A stretch of 64,000 bases of DNA, taken from a virus. The notes beneath the pieces were generated by a model. That model saw nothing but the letters and a program-made list of their open reading frames with translations. It made no database searches and was not told where the DNA came from. The position numbers and the translations under genes are program-made. Positions 50,830 through 61,727 of the stretch are shown in pieces. Each line of letters begins with the position of its first letter. Position 1 is the stretch's first letter. The stretch is from the IMG/VR virus record IMGVR_UViG_3300040786_000030, positions 120,281 to 184,280 of that record. One strand, 5' to 3'.

Positions 50830-51199
50830 ATGAAAACACAAGAACAAAAAATGAAAGAAGCAAAAATTATCTTACTACGTCAGCACAACATTTATTTATC
50901 GTTAATGATAAATTTATTTTAAACTTATAGAATTTGAAGTAGATGGTAAATTACATTATGCTAAATTAATGGTTAACCCACAAAGTGTGACAATTACAAA
51001 TATTGTTACGACTTGGTATAAGCAGAGTTATAAACAAGATTTGTTTCCACAATATTTAAAAAAAAATCGATACCTCATTTTAAAAAAAATGAAAGAAATT
51101 ATAGAATTAGTTAAACGTGATATTAGTTTAACTGATAATAAAGTTTTAATTGAAAAGATTAAATTATTAGCCAACAAATTTGAAATTGTAAAACAATAA
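50830..51199 (+). CDS. hypothetical protein (frameshifted)
   Basis: ATG at 50830, fragment 50969-51199, terminator at about 51211-51232. Confidence 0.4.
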
Positions 51200-51264
51200 A
51201 ATAATAAATTAAAGGACCTTATGGTCCTTTTTTATTTATCTGTATAATTATAAATAAAAATAAG

Positions 51265-51731
51265 ATGAAAAATTTAATCAAATTTATATTATCATTGTTT
51301 AAGGTTAATAAAAAATTACCTACGAAAACTTATACAATTAAATCACGTAACCCTGATGTATTTGAGAGTAAGGTTTTAGCTTTAATAAATGAATATAGAA
51401 AACCTATTAATCTTCCTGAATTGAGATGAATAAAATTGTTTGTAATGTATGTTTTAAGAACAATGAGAGGATGATTTTAACGAATAACTTTTCGCATGAT
51501 GGTGCGGTAGAAAGATTTAATGAAGTCATGGCAATTTGTGACAGTTATTATGCTGCTGAAAATTTAGCAAAAAAATTATAATACAGCTGAATCGGTGGTA
51601 AATGCTTGGATAAAAAGTGATACACATAGGAAAAATTTAGAATGTGCTAAATGTAATAGTTTTGGTATATCAGTTACAAAGATAGTTCCAATATCAATTA
51701 TTATACAACAATGTTTACTATAATTGATTAA
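51265..51731 (+). CDS. CAP/SCP domain protein (frameshifted)
   Basis: LINEYRK, FSHDG, AENLA, VVNAWIKSDTHRKNL. Confidence 0.75.
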
Positions 51732-51819
51732 ACCATTCGTTTACAATTATTAAATTTGAACTACATTAATTAAATGGGCCTATTATGGGCCTTTTTTATT
51801 TATATCGATATTTATAATT

Positions 51820-53772
51820 ATGAAATTGTTAATTAAAAAATTACTTAGAGAAAACATACAGTTAGCTGATAAACTTTATTTTAATCAAAATAAATTATCA
51901 CCACAAGCTAGAGAGCTTATCCTTAGAATAACTAATGGTGACCCCTATACTAAACTAATAACTGATATGTACTATTATCAATTATTTAAAAGTCATAAAA
52001 TGGATAGTTCTGCTATGGCTGGTGCTGACCCAAATTATAAAGAAAGTGAAACTCCTGAATCTGATATTTTAGCTATGCAAGATATGAAAGATATTAAAGG
52101 TTTATATAATATATTAAAACATATAACAAAAATATTTTCCCAATAAAGAGTTTCAATATCAATGGTGTTGATGACATTGGTACTTTTATGCGCACATTGA
52201 AAAATAGAGAAAAGATAATACAAACTTTAAATAGTTTACCATCAATAGCTATTAGGAATATGAAAAATGATATTCGACAAGAAAGAGATTTTAGCGAAAC
52301 TAAAGATTATATGCAAGAACTAGACTATTTTCAAGGGTTATTTAGTCAATTGGGTAATAGAGATGTTGAATTAAGAAAAAATATTGAAAAGAAAATGTTT
52401 AGGTCTAATATTACGTTAGAAGATTTATTAGATTTTGCACAAGAAAAGGAAAACTTATTAGGTGGTGTAGAATTCACAAAGCAAAAGATAATCGAAATTG
52501 TTAAAGAAGAAAATAATGAATACGATGAACTTAAAATAAAATTTAATAAGGGTGATGTTATGGTGATAGAAGTATCTGGACCTAACGGAATAAAAAAAAT
52601 TGGATGTAATTCATTGTGGTGTTTTACATATGGTAGAAATGGGGCGATGAATTATAATGACTGGTATAATTATTCTACAAATGACTTAGTATATGTTATA
52701 ATTGATTTTAAAGAACCAACTGATTCGCCAGACTTTATGCACGTTCTAATTAAACCTTTAATGGTTGATTACTCGGTTGTTGGTAGTGATGGTGACGATG
52801 TTTTATTTAATATGGCAAATAGTGGTGAGGAAGAACCTAATTCCATAATTCAACATTATTTTGACTTTGATTTCGCTAAAGACTTATGAATTTTGGTGTC
52901 AAAACCAGAGAGAACCCCAAAACCTAAAAAAAATAGAACAGACCCAAATCAATTATCGATTGACTTTAACCAACCAGCTGAAATAAACGAATATGATGAT
53001 GAAGAAGATGACTACGAAGATGACGAAGATGAATATTATTATGGTGATGAAGAACAATATTTTAAACCTAAATTAGATGCTGATGTTAAAGCAAATAGTT
53101 CTAGATATGAAGGTAGAAACGTTGTTTGGTATGGTTCTATTGGTAATATGATTGTTTTAACTAGAGATGAAGTAGATGGTATGACTGGTAATATCTACGA
53201 TGAGGAAAAATTAGCTTATTTAACCAAACTAATACGTGATTACCCTGAAAAGGTTGAGTTAGAATGTTCTTACGCTCACGGTCATGTTATTAATCTTATA
53301 GATATTAAAGAAGAATTAGAATCATTTTATAATGATAGATTTGTTGTTGAATACGATGGGCATGAAGAACCCAACCGTACTGGTGATGAAGAACTTGATG
53401 AATATATTGGTAAAGACCTTGATAATAATTATTGGTATAATTTAGATTATGATAATGATAATATTGAACCATTTTTTTGAAAAATAGAACAAGTGTCGCT
53501 CAAGGTAAAAGTGTAGATGAATTAACATTAGAGTTTAAACAATTAAACCCAACAGAAAATGAAATCGATACCTTTAAAGAATTTATTAATATGGAGAACA
53601 AATTAAAAGATGCTCAAGCTAATGATGAGGGTGATTTTAATAAATTTAAAGTACAATTAGAGATGGTCACCATAGAGTATTCGCAGCCTTAATTCAGGTG
53701 AAAGATATGTTTGTGTTGATTTAGTTGATGATGGTATTAAAAAATATAAAGGGTATTATAATTTAGTTAAAT
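51820..53772 (+). CDS. large acidic hypothetical protein (frameshifted)
   Basis: Fragments 51820-52146, 52188-52889, 52893-53480 and 53477-53692; GCNSLWCF motif. Confidence 0.5.
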
Positions 53773-53773
53773 A

Positions 53774-55197
53774 ATGGAAAATTTTATAAAAAAATTACTA
53801 AGAGAGTCTTTGATTAATGAAGGTGTAAGTGATATTACATATCATTTTACTAACACCTATAAACTTGATGAGATTCTAAAACAAATAAGATTAATTTATC
53901 AGCAGCTTTTGGTTCACCTTCTGATAATGAGATAAATAAAAATAAATTATTTTTCTTATCTACTACTAGTTCAAGAAATTCTGATATTGGATACGCTGCC
54001 TCATTACCTAAAGATAATATGGTTAGAATAACCTTAAATGGAAGGTTATTAAACCAGAATAACAAATCTACTAGGGTTGACTATTGGCAAAGACCTAAAG
54101 ACCCTAGAAACAAGCTCTATAACCCAAATGATGTGCCTACAACTGGTAAAGACTTCTATAAAAAGTATCTAGACAAGATGAATTAGAAGATAGGTTTATT
54201 AGTGATAAAATGAGATTAAACCAGCTAATAAATATATAATATCTATTGAAATTTTAGTGATAATAATATGGGTAAGTTGAAATATTTAAGTGATAATCTA
54301 AACATACCATTTTCGTTTATGATAATATAAATTATTTTAATGGTTCAGTTAAGAATAAAGCTATTGAAGTTGCTTCTGATAGTATACCTAATGATGTTGA
54401 AAAACGTAGAGGTTATCTTGATACTAATATTATTGCATATTTAGTTTTAGAGATGATAAATTAAGAGCTAAAATATTTAATGATATACAAGCTTTGATAT
54501 TGATATTGATTGGGTTAAAAATAAGGTTGATGATAAATGATAAATTAAATTATTATTTACGAAATGGAAGTGAATTTTATATAAATGATTTTGCGAGCAG
54601 TATGAGTGCTGATGTACATAATATGAGGTCGAGTTCAAATGAATTTGATAGATACCTAATAAAAGAATTGGGTATGGATATGAAAAGGAATAATGTAAAC
54701 TCAATCAAGGGTTATTTAAATTATAAAGTTTGAAGGGTAAAAAACTCAAAATGATTATAATAAAGAGCTAAACCAAAAATTTATGAACTTTATTGAAGAT
54801 AATTTTAAAGAACAAATTAGCAACTATACAAATTACTCTTTTGATGCTGATGGTGTTGAATATGAAAATATTTTAGATTATAAACCAATTATGGATTTAT
54901 TTAATAACTTTTAATAAAACTAAAAAAATATGTTTCAGATTATATGTTAACTAATGATGATATGTATAGATTAAAATATGTTTTAGATAGCTCACATATT
55001 AAAGAAACTGTAAATATAAGCAAACCTGAAATCAATAGTATACTAGATAATATTGATTTTATGGTAGTAAATTTACTGCCGATGATGTTAAAGCTATATT
55101 ATATTATATTGTAAGTGATTTTAGTAATTATGCATATGATGAACTAGAACAAGCTAAAAAGAATTTAATGAACAATTCACATAAAATATTTGTTTAA
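53774..55197 (+). CDS. hypothetical protein (frameshifted)
   Basis: ITYHF..INLS..FFLSTTSSR..VDYWQ..DELEDR coding-like stretch. Confidence 0.4.
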
Positions 55198-55224
55198 TCA
55201 ATAATTTAGTAATATCTTTGTTGC

Positions 55225-56400
55225 ATGAAAAATAAGATAGAACAAATATTAGGTGAAGGATTAGTTATTGGTAAACGAATTAAATTTGATTTATCAATAC
55301 CTGAAGATATTAGTGAGTTAAACCATATCTTTAAAAGAAATGGTTTTGAACTATTTATTGTTGGTGGTGCTATACGTGATGCTTTATTAGGTAAATCACC
55401 AAAAGATTACGATTTAGCTACCAATGCTTTACCTGACAAGGTTGAAGAAATGATGAATACAAACAACATTAGAACTATAGCTACTGGTAAAGCATTTGGT
55501 GTTATTAATGTATTTACCAACCAAGGGGAATACGAAATAGCAACCTTTAGACATGATATTGGCTCTGATGGTAGAAGACCAGATAGTGTTAAATTTACTA
55601 ATATTGAAGGGATGTTAAAAGACGGACCTCACTATCAATGCACTTTTACGATATTGAGAAAGGTGAGATTGTTGACCTTGTTGGTGGTATTAATGATATT
55701 AAAATGGTGTTGTTAGAACGGTTGGTTTAGCTGAAGATAGATTTGGTGAAGATAGACTTCGTATTCTTAGAGCAATTAGATTTGCTGCTAGGTTTGGAAG
55801 TGAATTAGAGACAAAACTGATATAGCGTTACAAAAAAATGCAAATCTTGAAGGTATTTCCAGTGAACGTATTAGAGATGAATTCATCAAGGGTATTAAAT
55901 CGGCTAAATCAACATCAGCTTTTTTAATGTTGAATGATAAATACGAATTGTTTGATTGGATATTCCCAGACTTAAAATTGTCAAGAGTATGTTTAATAGA
56001 GGTGATGATTATATGTTTAATGATTACTTAGTTGTTTTAGCTAGGTTATTAAAAAACAATACCGTTGAAACTATTAGAGAAAAACTAAATATTTTAAGTT
56101 ATTCTACTACAGAAATTAAAGGTATTATATTCTTAGTTACGTTATTAAAATTAGATTCTGATAATGCGTATTCCTGAAAAATCCCATTTAAAATCTGGTA
56201 TTAGTAATAACCAAATTAGAGATTTTGGTTCAAGTGAAGGTATTCCATCTCAATTGCTAGATGCTTTTGAGGAATTTACATTAACAGTTTCTGGGTCAGA
56301 AATTATGTTTGATTTTAATTTAAAGCCTGGTAAAATGTGGGTGAATTGATGCAAAAAATAGAAACAGAAAACTTTAACAAAATATTAAAACCTTATCTAG
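55225..56400 (+). CDS. CCA-adding enzyme / poly(A) polymerase family nucleotidyltransferase (frameshifted)
   Basis: FIVGGAIRDALLGKSPKDYDLATNA, EIATFR, DLTINA, RFGEDRLRILRAIRF, ISSERIRDE. Confidence 0.9.
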
Positions 56401-56457
56401 TAAACTCTAAATAAGGTTTATTTTAATTAGAAAATAGTTATAATTATAAAAAAACAA

Positions 56458-56799
56458 ATGGCAAAATACTTAGCAACATTTAGTGATGTAATCGATGAAA
56501 CCGAAATTAATGGTTTTACTATTATGTCTGATAAAGAAATCGAGAAATTAGAAGAACTAGCATCAAGTATCACTTGGGCAATCTATTACAAATTTGATAA
56601 TGGTAGTGAATTAGAATATTCTGATGGTGAAGATTTAATATCACGAATTGAGTTTAAATTACTATCAGCAAGTGATGTTGAAACAATTGGTAAATTATTT
56701 AATGATAGTTTTGGGGTTTTATTGGGATGGATTTTTATTAAGTATTATTAACGATGTTGATGATGAAGAAGATATCGAAGACGATGACGAAGACGATGA
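56458..56799 (+). CDS. hypothetical protein with acidic tail
   Basis: 97-aa ORF plus frameshifted D/E tail. Confidence 0.45.
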
Positions 56800-57245
56800 G
56801 TATTAATTTCTTTAAACAACCGACTGGTAATACTTGGTCCAACATGTTTAAAAATGGCGCAATCAACTATACTAGGTTTAACGGATTCTAACTTTCCAAC
56901 TATAGATGAAATTGCTATAATTTGTGGTACTGACTGGTTTGTAGGTACACCACCAGATAGAATGAAAAGGTATGGAAGCATTAAAAATGGTGTATACTGA
57001 ACATATTGGCTCTAGATACCCATTTTATTATTAAATAGTGTTATAAATGATGGTAATATAGCTATTATTAGAACAATAAGCACTGGTGTTCCACATTGAT
57101 AATCCCAGTTAGTTATGTAGATAATATTTATAATATTAATGACCCATGGTTAGGTAGAATACAATACAGTATAGAGGAATTAAAAGTAATTTGGGGTATA
57201 AGAGATTATCAATTTTTGAAATTAAAACAATGGAGATAAAATAGG
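56796..57245 (+). CDS. C39-like cysteine peptidase (frameshifted)
   Basis: KQPTGNT(C)GPTCLKM, GVPH(W) and INDPWLG catalytic-triad motifs. Confidence 0.65.
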
Positions 57246-57672
57246 GGTTCCAATAGAAAAAAGAGTTGAATTTGCTAACTGGGCATACCCTCATTTTAAA
57301 CATGTTATTGGTAAAACAATCTTTGATTTAGTAATTAATGATAGCGTAGATTTTCGAAAATCAGCATATATTATACAAGATGATACACTTTTAGGTCTTT
57401 ATCTATTAGGCCCTACCCAAATCTATAACCCAATCTTTAGTAAATTATTAGGGATTGAAGGTGTGTTATTAGCTGTAGATGAGTCGATTAGAGGTATGGG
57501 TTGGGGTAATAAATTAAAGATTACCCAAAACACTTAACGTTGATTATATTTGGGGTTACCAAGCTGCTGGGTTAAATAATATAGAATATTGGTTAAAACG
57601 TAGGGTTTTAGTTAATAAAGAAAATAATTGTTACGTTACTTGTGAGATTTTGCTGATGACGTGATATTTATT
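57230..57672 (+). CDS. GNAT acetyltransferase (frameshifted)
   Basis: EGVLLAVDESIRGMGWGNKL acetyl-CoA-binding motif. Confidence 0.65.
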
Positions 57673-57683
57673 AATAAAAACTA

Positions 57684-58157
57684 ATGAGAAGATTTGATAA
57701 ACAAAAAAATATCGCTGCTGCTAATTTATTATCAGAGCAAAGACACTTAACAGATAGAGACTCTGTAACTGAAGATTGGAAAACAAATGTAGCTGCTGGT
57801 TTAGCAACTATTGGTGGTGTGGCTGGAGCTAACGCTCAAACAAATAAACCAATGGCACCACAACAAGGTAAAGAGATTCAATATTCACCAAGTGAAAACC
57901 CACTTCAAATATGGCTAACCCATATGGTACAAAGGATGATTCAACTATTCACCCAAGAACAATACCAATCGTTGGTATACAATCAGGTGTGACTGATGGT
58001 AAGAGTGGACAATCAGCTGTTTATGTTTATCATAATCATTTACCAAGTGACCCTAATTTTAATGTTAAAAGAGATAGGAAACAGTTTATACTAAAATTTA
58101 TCTGACTTATATAAAACACAAGAATATCAAGAATATAAAAGAAGTCTTAATAAATAG
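57684..58157 (+). CDS. hypothetical protein (frameshifted)
   Basis: Fragments 57684-57992 and 57911-58105. Confidence 0.45.
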
Positions 58158-58235
58158 TAGTAATCTAATAATCAAGTAATTACAAAATAAAATAAAAATA
58201 ATTGTAAAAGACTTGCTTTATCTAAATAACCTTAG

Positions 58236-58243
58236 TATATTTG
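58236..58243 (+). promoter_or_regulatory. Bacteroidota-type -7 promoter box TATATTTG
   Basis: TAnnTTTG with TTG about 20 nt upstream; precedes the leader and tRNA array. Confidence 0.65.
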
Positions 58244-58324
58244 CATAAGAATTAAAACAAACAAAATAGTCTTTTATAAAAGACATATATTTATAACAAA
58301 TGGAGAAATCAAAAATAAAAAAAA

Positions 58325-58423
58325 ATGAACACAATTAACATACATATGATATCGATTAGCAATTGGAGACGTAATAGTCATCTAATGTCGGGTATGTTAA
58401 ATACTGGTGGTACTGAAGTATAA
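58325..58423 (+). CDS. putative attenuator leader peptide MNTINIHMISISNWRRNSHLMSGMLNTGGTEV
   Basis: 32-codon ORF after an A-rich initiation region; contains antiterminator GTCGGGTATGTT at 58387-58398. Confidence 0.65.
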   Translation: MNTINIHMISISNWRRNSHLMSGMLNTGGTEV

Positions 58424-58447
58424 ATTTTAGAACACTTATAACAATAT

Positions 58448-58480
58448 AACCCGACTAGAGAAATCTAAGTCGGGTTTTTA
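58448..58480 (+). terminator. attenuator terminator
   Basis: AACCCGACT-AGAGAAATCTA-AGTCGGGTT followed by T-run. Confidence 0.8.
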
Positions 58481-58663
58481 ATTTAATTAAGTTATGGAAC
58501 ATGTAAGAAGATTAGGTAGAGAGAAAACTATAAATTTTAAAAAAGATTTTTATTTAATAGTTGATAAGTACAGACTGATTGCAAATGCAAGTGGTTATAA
58601 TGGAGAATTAAGATTTCAAAAGAAGGTGGATTTACAGCTATTTTCGTTGAAATTAAAAATAAT

Positions 58664-58746
58664 GGAGAGGCAAGCCAATAGGTGGTTGCCACAGTTTTGA
58701 AAACTGTTCGGAGACAATGGCTCGTGGGTTCGACTCCCATCCTCCG
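58664..58746 (+). tRNA. tRNA-Ser(TGA)
   Basis: ACAGT-TTTGAAA-ACTGT, long variable arm, T arm. Confidence 0.8.
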
Positions 58747-58753
58747 CAAACAT

Positions 58754-58828
58754 GGTGATTGTAGCTCAGTTGGTTAGAGCGTTGGACTGTGAATCCAAAG
58801 GTCATGGGTTCGAACCCCATTTTTCACC
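58754..58828 (+). tRNA. tRNA-His(GTG)
   Basis: G-1, TTGGA-CTGTGAA-TCCAA. Confidence 0.9.
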
Positions 58829-58866
58829 CAAAAGTTGTTCGTTGACATATCGGTAAATATAAATAC

Positions 58867-58937
58867 ACGTCTATAGTGCAATGGTAGAATACGGGTCTCC
58901 AAAACCCTAGATGTAGGTTCGAGTCCTACTAGACGTG
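58867..58937 (+). tRNA. tRNA-Trp(CCA)
   Basis: GGGT-CTCCAAA-ACCC, canonical arms. Confidence 0.9.
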
Positions 58938-58947
58938 CAAAATAAAA

Positions 58948-59019
58948 GATTTGGTAACTCAGAGGCAGAGTGGCTGTTTGTTAGGCAGCGGGTCGAGATT
59001 TCGAAATTCTCCCAAATCG
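58948..59019 (+). tRNA. tRNA-Asn(GTT), divergent
   Basis: GCTGT-TTGTTAG-GCAGC; GATTTGG/CCAAATC acceptor. Confidence 0.7.
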
Positions 59020-59026
59020 CAAAAAT

Positions 59027-59100
59027 TCTTCAATAGCTCAGTTGGTTAGAGCAACGCACTGTTAATGCGTGGGTCCTAGGTTCGAGTCCTAGTTGGAGAG
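59027..59100 (+). tRNA. tRNA-Asn(GTT)
   Basis: ACGCA-CTGTTAA-TGCGT, canonical. Confidence 0.92.
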
Positions 59101-59210
59101 CAAAATAAGTGAAAATAAATTAGGTATATATGTAAAAGTTATATCTTTGCAAAGCAAACTGAGCGTGGTGCTCGTATATTATCCATGTCTAGAAATGGTA
59201 CACCACTAAT

Positions 59211-59295
59211 ACTATGCTTGACTGAGTGGCCTAAAGTGACTCCGTTAAAGGAGTGCCCTGTAAAGGGGCCGTAGGTTCGAATCCTACACATAGTC
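59211..59295 (+). tRNA. type II tRNA, probably Leu(TAA); 6-nt loop as assembled
   Basis: ACTCC-GTTAAA-GGAGT, long variable arm, canonical T arm. Confidence 0.6.
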
Positions 59296-59302
59296 TAAAA
59301 AT

Positions 59303-59388
59303 GGCGAGGTGTCAGAGTGGCCGATTGAGCTGGTCTTGAAAACCAGAGGCCGTGAAAGCGGTCCAAGGGTTCGAATCCTTTCTCGCTT
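59303..59388 (+). tRNA. tRNA-Ser(TGA)
   Basis: CTGGT-CTTGAAA-ACCAG, long variable arm. Confidence 0.85.
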
Positions 59389-59458
59389 CAGTTTAATTAT
59401 CGCAGTGATTGCGGCAATTATCACCGCAAAGTGATTAAACTATAAACATAGGGTAAAA

Positions 59459-59544
59459 TTCATTGGCAATCGGCTCGGAAAGCGCATCGAGAGTTAGATA
59501 TACGACTTAGTATGGAAAAAGTGGTTCGAATCCACCCAATGGAG
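59459..59544 (+). ncRNA. tRNA-like RNA (acceptor + T arm, non-canonical middle)
   Basis: TTCATTGG/CCAATGGA, GTGG-TTCGAAT-CCAC; two non-tRNA hairpins between. Confidence 0.5.
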
Positions 59545-59913
59545 CAAGAAAAATAAAATATTAGTAAATAAAATTAATAAATTATGAGTAAACAAAATGA
59601 TAAATGGCTTGCCACCTATGCACTTTATTTTAGATAGTGAAACACGTAGGATATATGAAGGAGACTTTATTCAATATTTTGGTTCAAAAGATGTTTATAT
59701 GTTTAAAGCAATATATTTCCAATCAATTGTTGATATCAACCTAAAAGTACTAGAGGTTGGTGATGAAGTGTGTTATGTCTTTGGTACTGGGTTAGATAAA
59801 GGGTTATAGAAAGTATCACACCATTTGAATTTGGTACAAGTGGACCTAGGATTAAAATTAAGGGTAAGAAAAATTAATTAACGCATTTAATATTATGAAA
59901 ATATAAAAATAAA

Positions 59914-59995
59914 TTGAGATATATCGAGGCACGCTGATAACGTGTATATTCGTAACTGGTTATTGTAAATGTGGGTTCGAATCCATTGTCTCAAC
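59914..59995 (+). tRNA. non-canonical tRNA-Ile(GAT) lacking a normal D arm
   Basis: TTGAGATA/TGTCTCAA; GCACG-CTGATAA-CGTGT; GGTTCGAATCC. Confidence 0.65.
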
Positions 59996-60000
59996 TAAAT

Positions 60001-60083
60001 TGGTCTGATACCGAGGCACACTCATAATGTGTATAGTCGTAATTGGTATGTTGTAAATGTGGGTTCGAATCCACTTGGACCAC
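60001..60083 (+). tRNA. non-canonical tRNA(CAT) (Ile2 or Met) lacking a normal D arm
   Basis: TGGTCT/GGACCA; GCACA-CTCATAA-TGTGT; paralog of 59914-59995. Confidence 0.65.
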
Positions 60084-60148
60084 AAAAAATAGGTTATTAA
60101 AATTATTTAACTTATATTTGCATTTATTAATTATAAAAAAATAAGGAT

Positions 60149-60379
60149 ATGAGTTTTACTGGGTTTATGTTTGCTTTTATGTTAGCATTATTAACATTCT
60201 ATGTTAATCAAAGAATAGCGAAAATGACTAACATTAAAATATTAATAAATACATTATTTGACATTTATGGTGGTGAGCAAGCGTTTGATGATTTTGATAG
60301 TAAAGAAGTTGCTACCAGATTAATGAATGAAATAATCAATATTGAAAAGATGAATGATAATAATTTTATGTTAATTTAG
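60149..60379 (+). CDS. small membrane protein
   Basis: N-terminal transmembrane helix; promoter TATATTTG at 60113. Confidence 0.45.
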   Translation: MSFTGFMFAFMLALLTFYVNQRIAKMTNIKILINTLFDIYGGEQAFDDFDSKEVATRLMNEIINIEKMNDNNFMLI

Positions 60380-60722
60380 AATTAGAAACTTTAAAAGAAT
60401 TAAGGTTAGTCTATTATCGTTTTACAGATAAAGAGATAGCTAAAGAACAAATTAATTCTTTATGTTTTAATAGGTTAACTAGGAGTTTTATAATATTAGC
60501 TTTTTAGATATAATCCCACCAAACATTAGATAATTAAATGATGAAACAATGATAAAAATAGAACAAGAAAAAATTGAAGAAGTTTACGCTTATTTAGATA
60601 AAATGGGTTTTAATTACACGATAGATAAAACCCTACACCTGAAAAGATTGCTAGGATAAAAGCGCAAATAGAAAAAATAAAGAAAGGTTTATTATTAATA
60701 AATAAATCCTTATACTTGTAAT

Positions 60723-61265
60723 ATGGAGATATTAGTAGTAGATATAGAAACAACTGGGTTTTAGTAAATTCAGATGCAATTGTTGAGATTGGGATTAGCC
60801 TTGTCAACACACAAACAAATGAAATAAAATTAGTTTTGATAATGTTATCAAGGATAAGAAGTTTAAAAAATGGAAACATAAAACGCTTGATTTTTAATAA
60901 TACGACACTTGAAGTTAGTGACGTTGAAAAGCTAAAACTTTAGAAAGTTATTTTGATGAAATTCAATCCCTTTTAGTAAATATAAAATGACCGCTTATAA
61001 TTCAGCTTTTGACTTAAGATTTCTTAGGGTGCTGGTTTTATTATTGACGATATTAAATGTTTAATGAAAACAGCTACTAAATATTCTAAATATAAGGATA
61101 AAAATGGTAGGGTTAAAACCAAGTGTTGAGGAAATTTATAATCAATTTTTCATGAAAAAAGGTCAAGTTTATATCGAAGAACATAGGGCTGGTGCTGATG
61201 CACTTGATGAGGGTAAAATACTTTTACATATGGTTAAATTAAAGAATAAAAGATTAAAAAAATAA
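60723..61265 (+). CDS. DEDDh 3'-5' exonuclease (DnaQ-like; frameshifted)
   Basis: LVVDIETTG, IVEIG, AYNSAFDLRFL, HRAGADALDE. Confidence 0.8.
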
Positions 61266-61268
61266 AAT

Positions 61269-61337
61269 GCCGAGACTTATTGGAAAGAATTACCTTTCAT
61301 ATGGGTAGTCAAGTCGGTTCAACTCCGATACTCGGTA
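61269..61337 (+). tRNA. degenerate tRNA-Met(CAT)
   Basis: GCCGAG/CTCGGT; TACCT-TTCATAT-GGGTA; weak D arm. Confidence 0.55.
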
Positions 61338-61352
61338 CTATATTAAATACAT

Positions 61353-61425
61353 GGCCCTATCGTTCAACTGGATAGGACTTAGCAGTACGATTGCTAGAAT
61401 CAGGGTTCGAATCCTTGTAGGGTCA
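61353..61425 (+). tRNA. tRNA-Arg(ACG)
   Basis: TAGCA-GTACGAT-TGCTA; canonical arms. Confidence 0.85.
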
Positions 61426-61446
61426 CAATTTTAAAAATATTAAAAG

Positions 61447-61519
61447 GCCCCTATCGTTTAACTGGATAGGACACAACTCTTCTAAAGCTGTAATCTGGGT
61501 TCGAATCCCAGTGGGGGTA
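61447..61519 (+). tRNA. tRNA-Arg(TCT)
   Basis: CTTCTAA loop; canonical arms. Confidence 0.88.
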
Positions 61520-61568
61520 CAAATGGATAATTACGAGAGTGGTCATTAGAACAGCTCAAAATATTAAT

Positions 61569-61652
61569 GGAGAGGTACCCAAGTGGTTAAGGGCCTGTTT
61601 GCTAAATAGGTAGGGCTCGTAAGGGTCGCATGGGTTCGAACCCCATTCTCCA
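61569..61652 (+). tRNA. tRNA-Ser(GCT)
   Basis: CCTGT-TTGCTAA-ATAGG, long variable arm. Confidence 0.85.
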
Positions 61653-61727
61653 CACACACTTACATAACCAGAACTTTTTAAATTATTTAGATATTTATGA
61701 TTAATGTAAATCAAATATTAAATAGTT

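Noticed and set aside
59161-59207. Hairpin GTGGTG...CACCAC with an inner loop containing CTA
   Set aside because: No T arm or canonical loop size; not enough evidence to call an RNA gene.
8590-60879. Many short minus-strand ORFs in the track (for example 8590-8883, 16190-16558, 30460-30840, 49613-49864, 58537-58749)
   Set aside because: They are antisense shadows of plus-strand genes or tRNAs, with no motifs.
61525-61556. tRNA 5'-half-like sequence
   Set aside because: No anticodon or T arm follows; at most a remnant.
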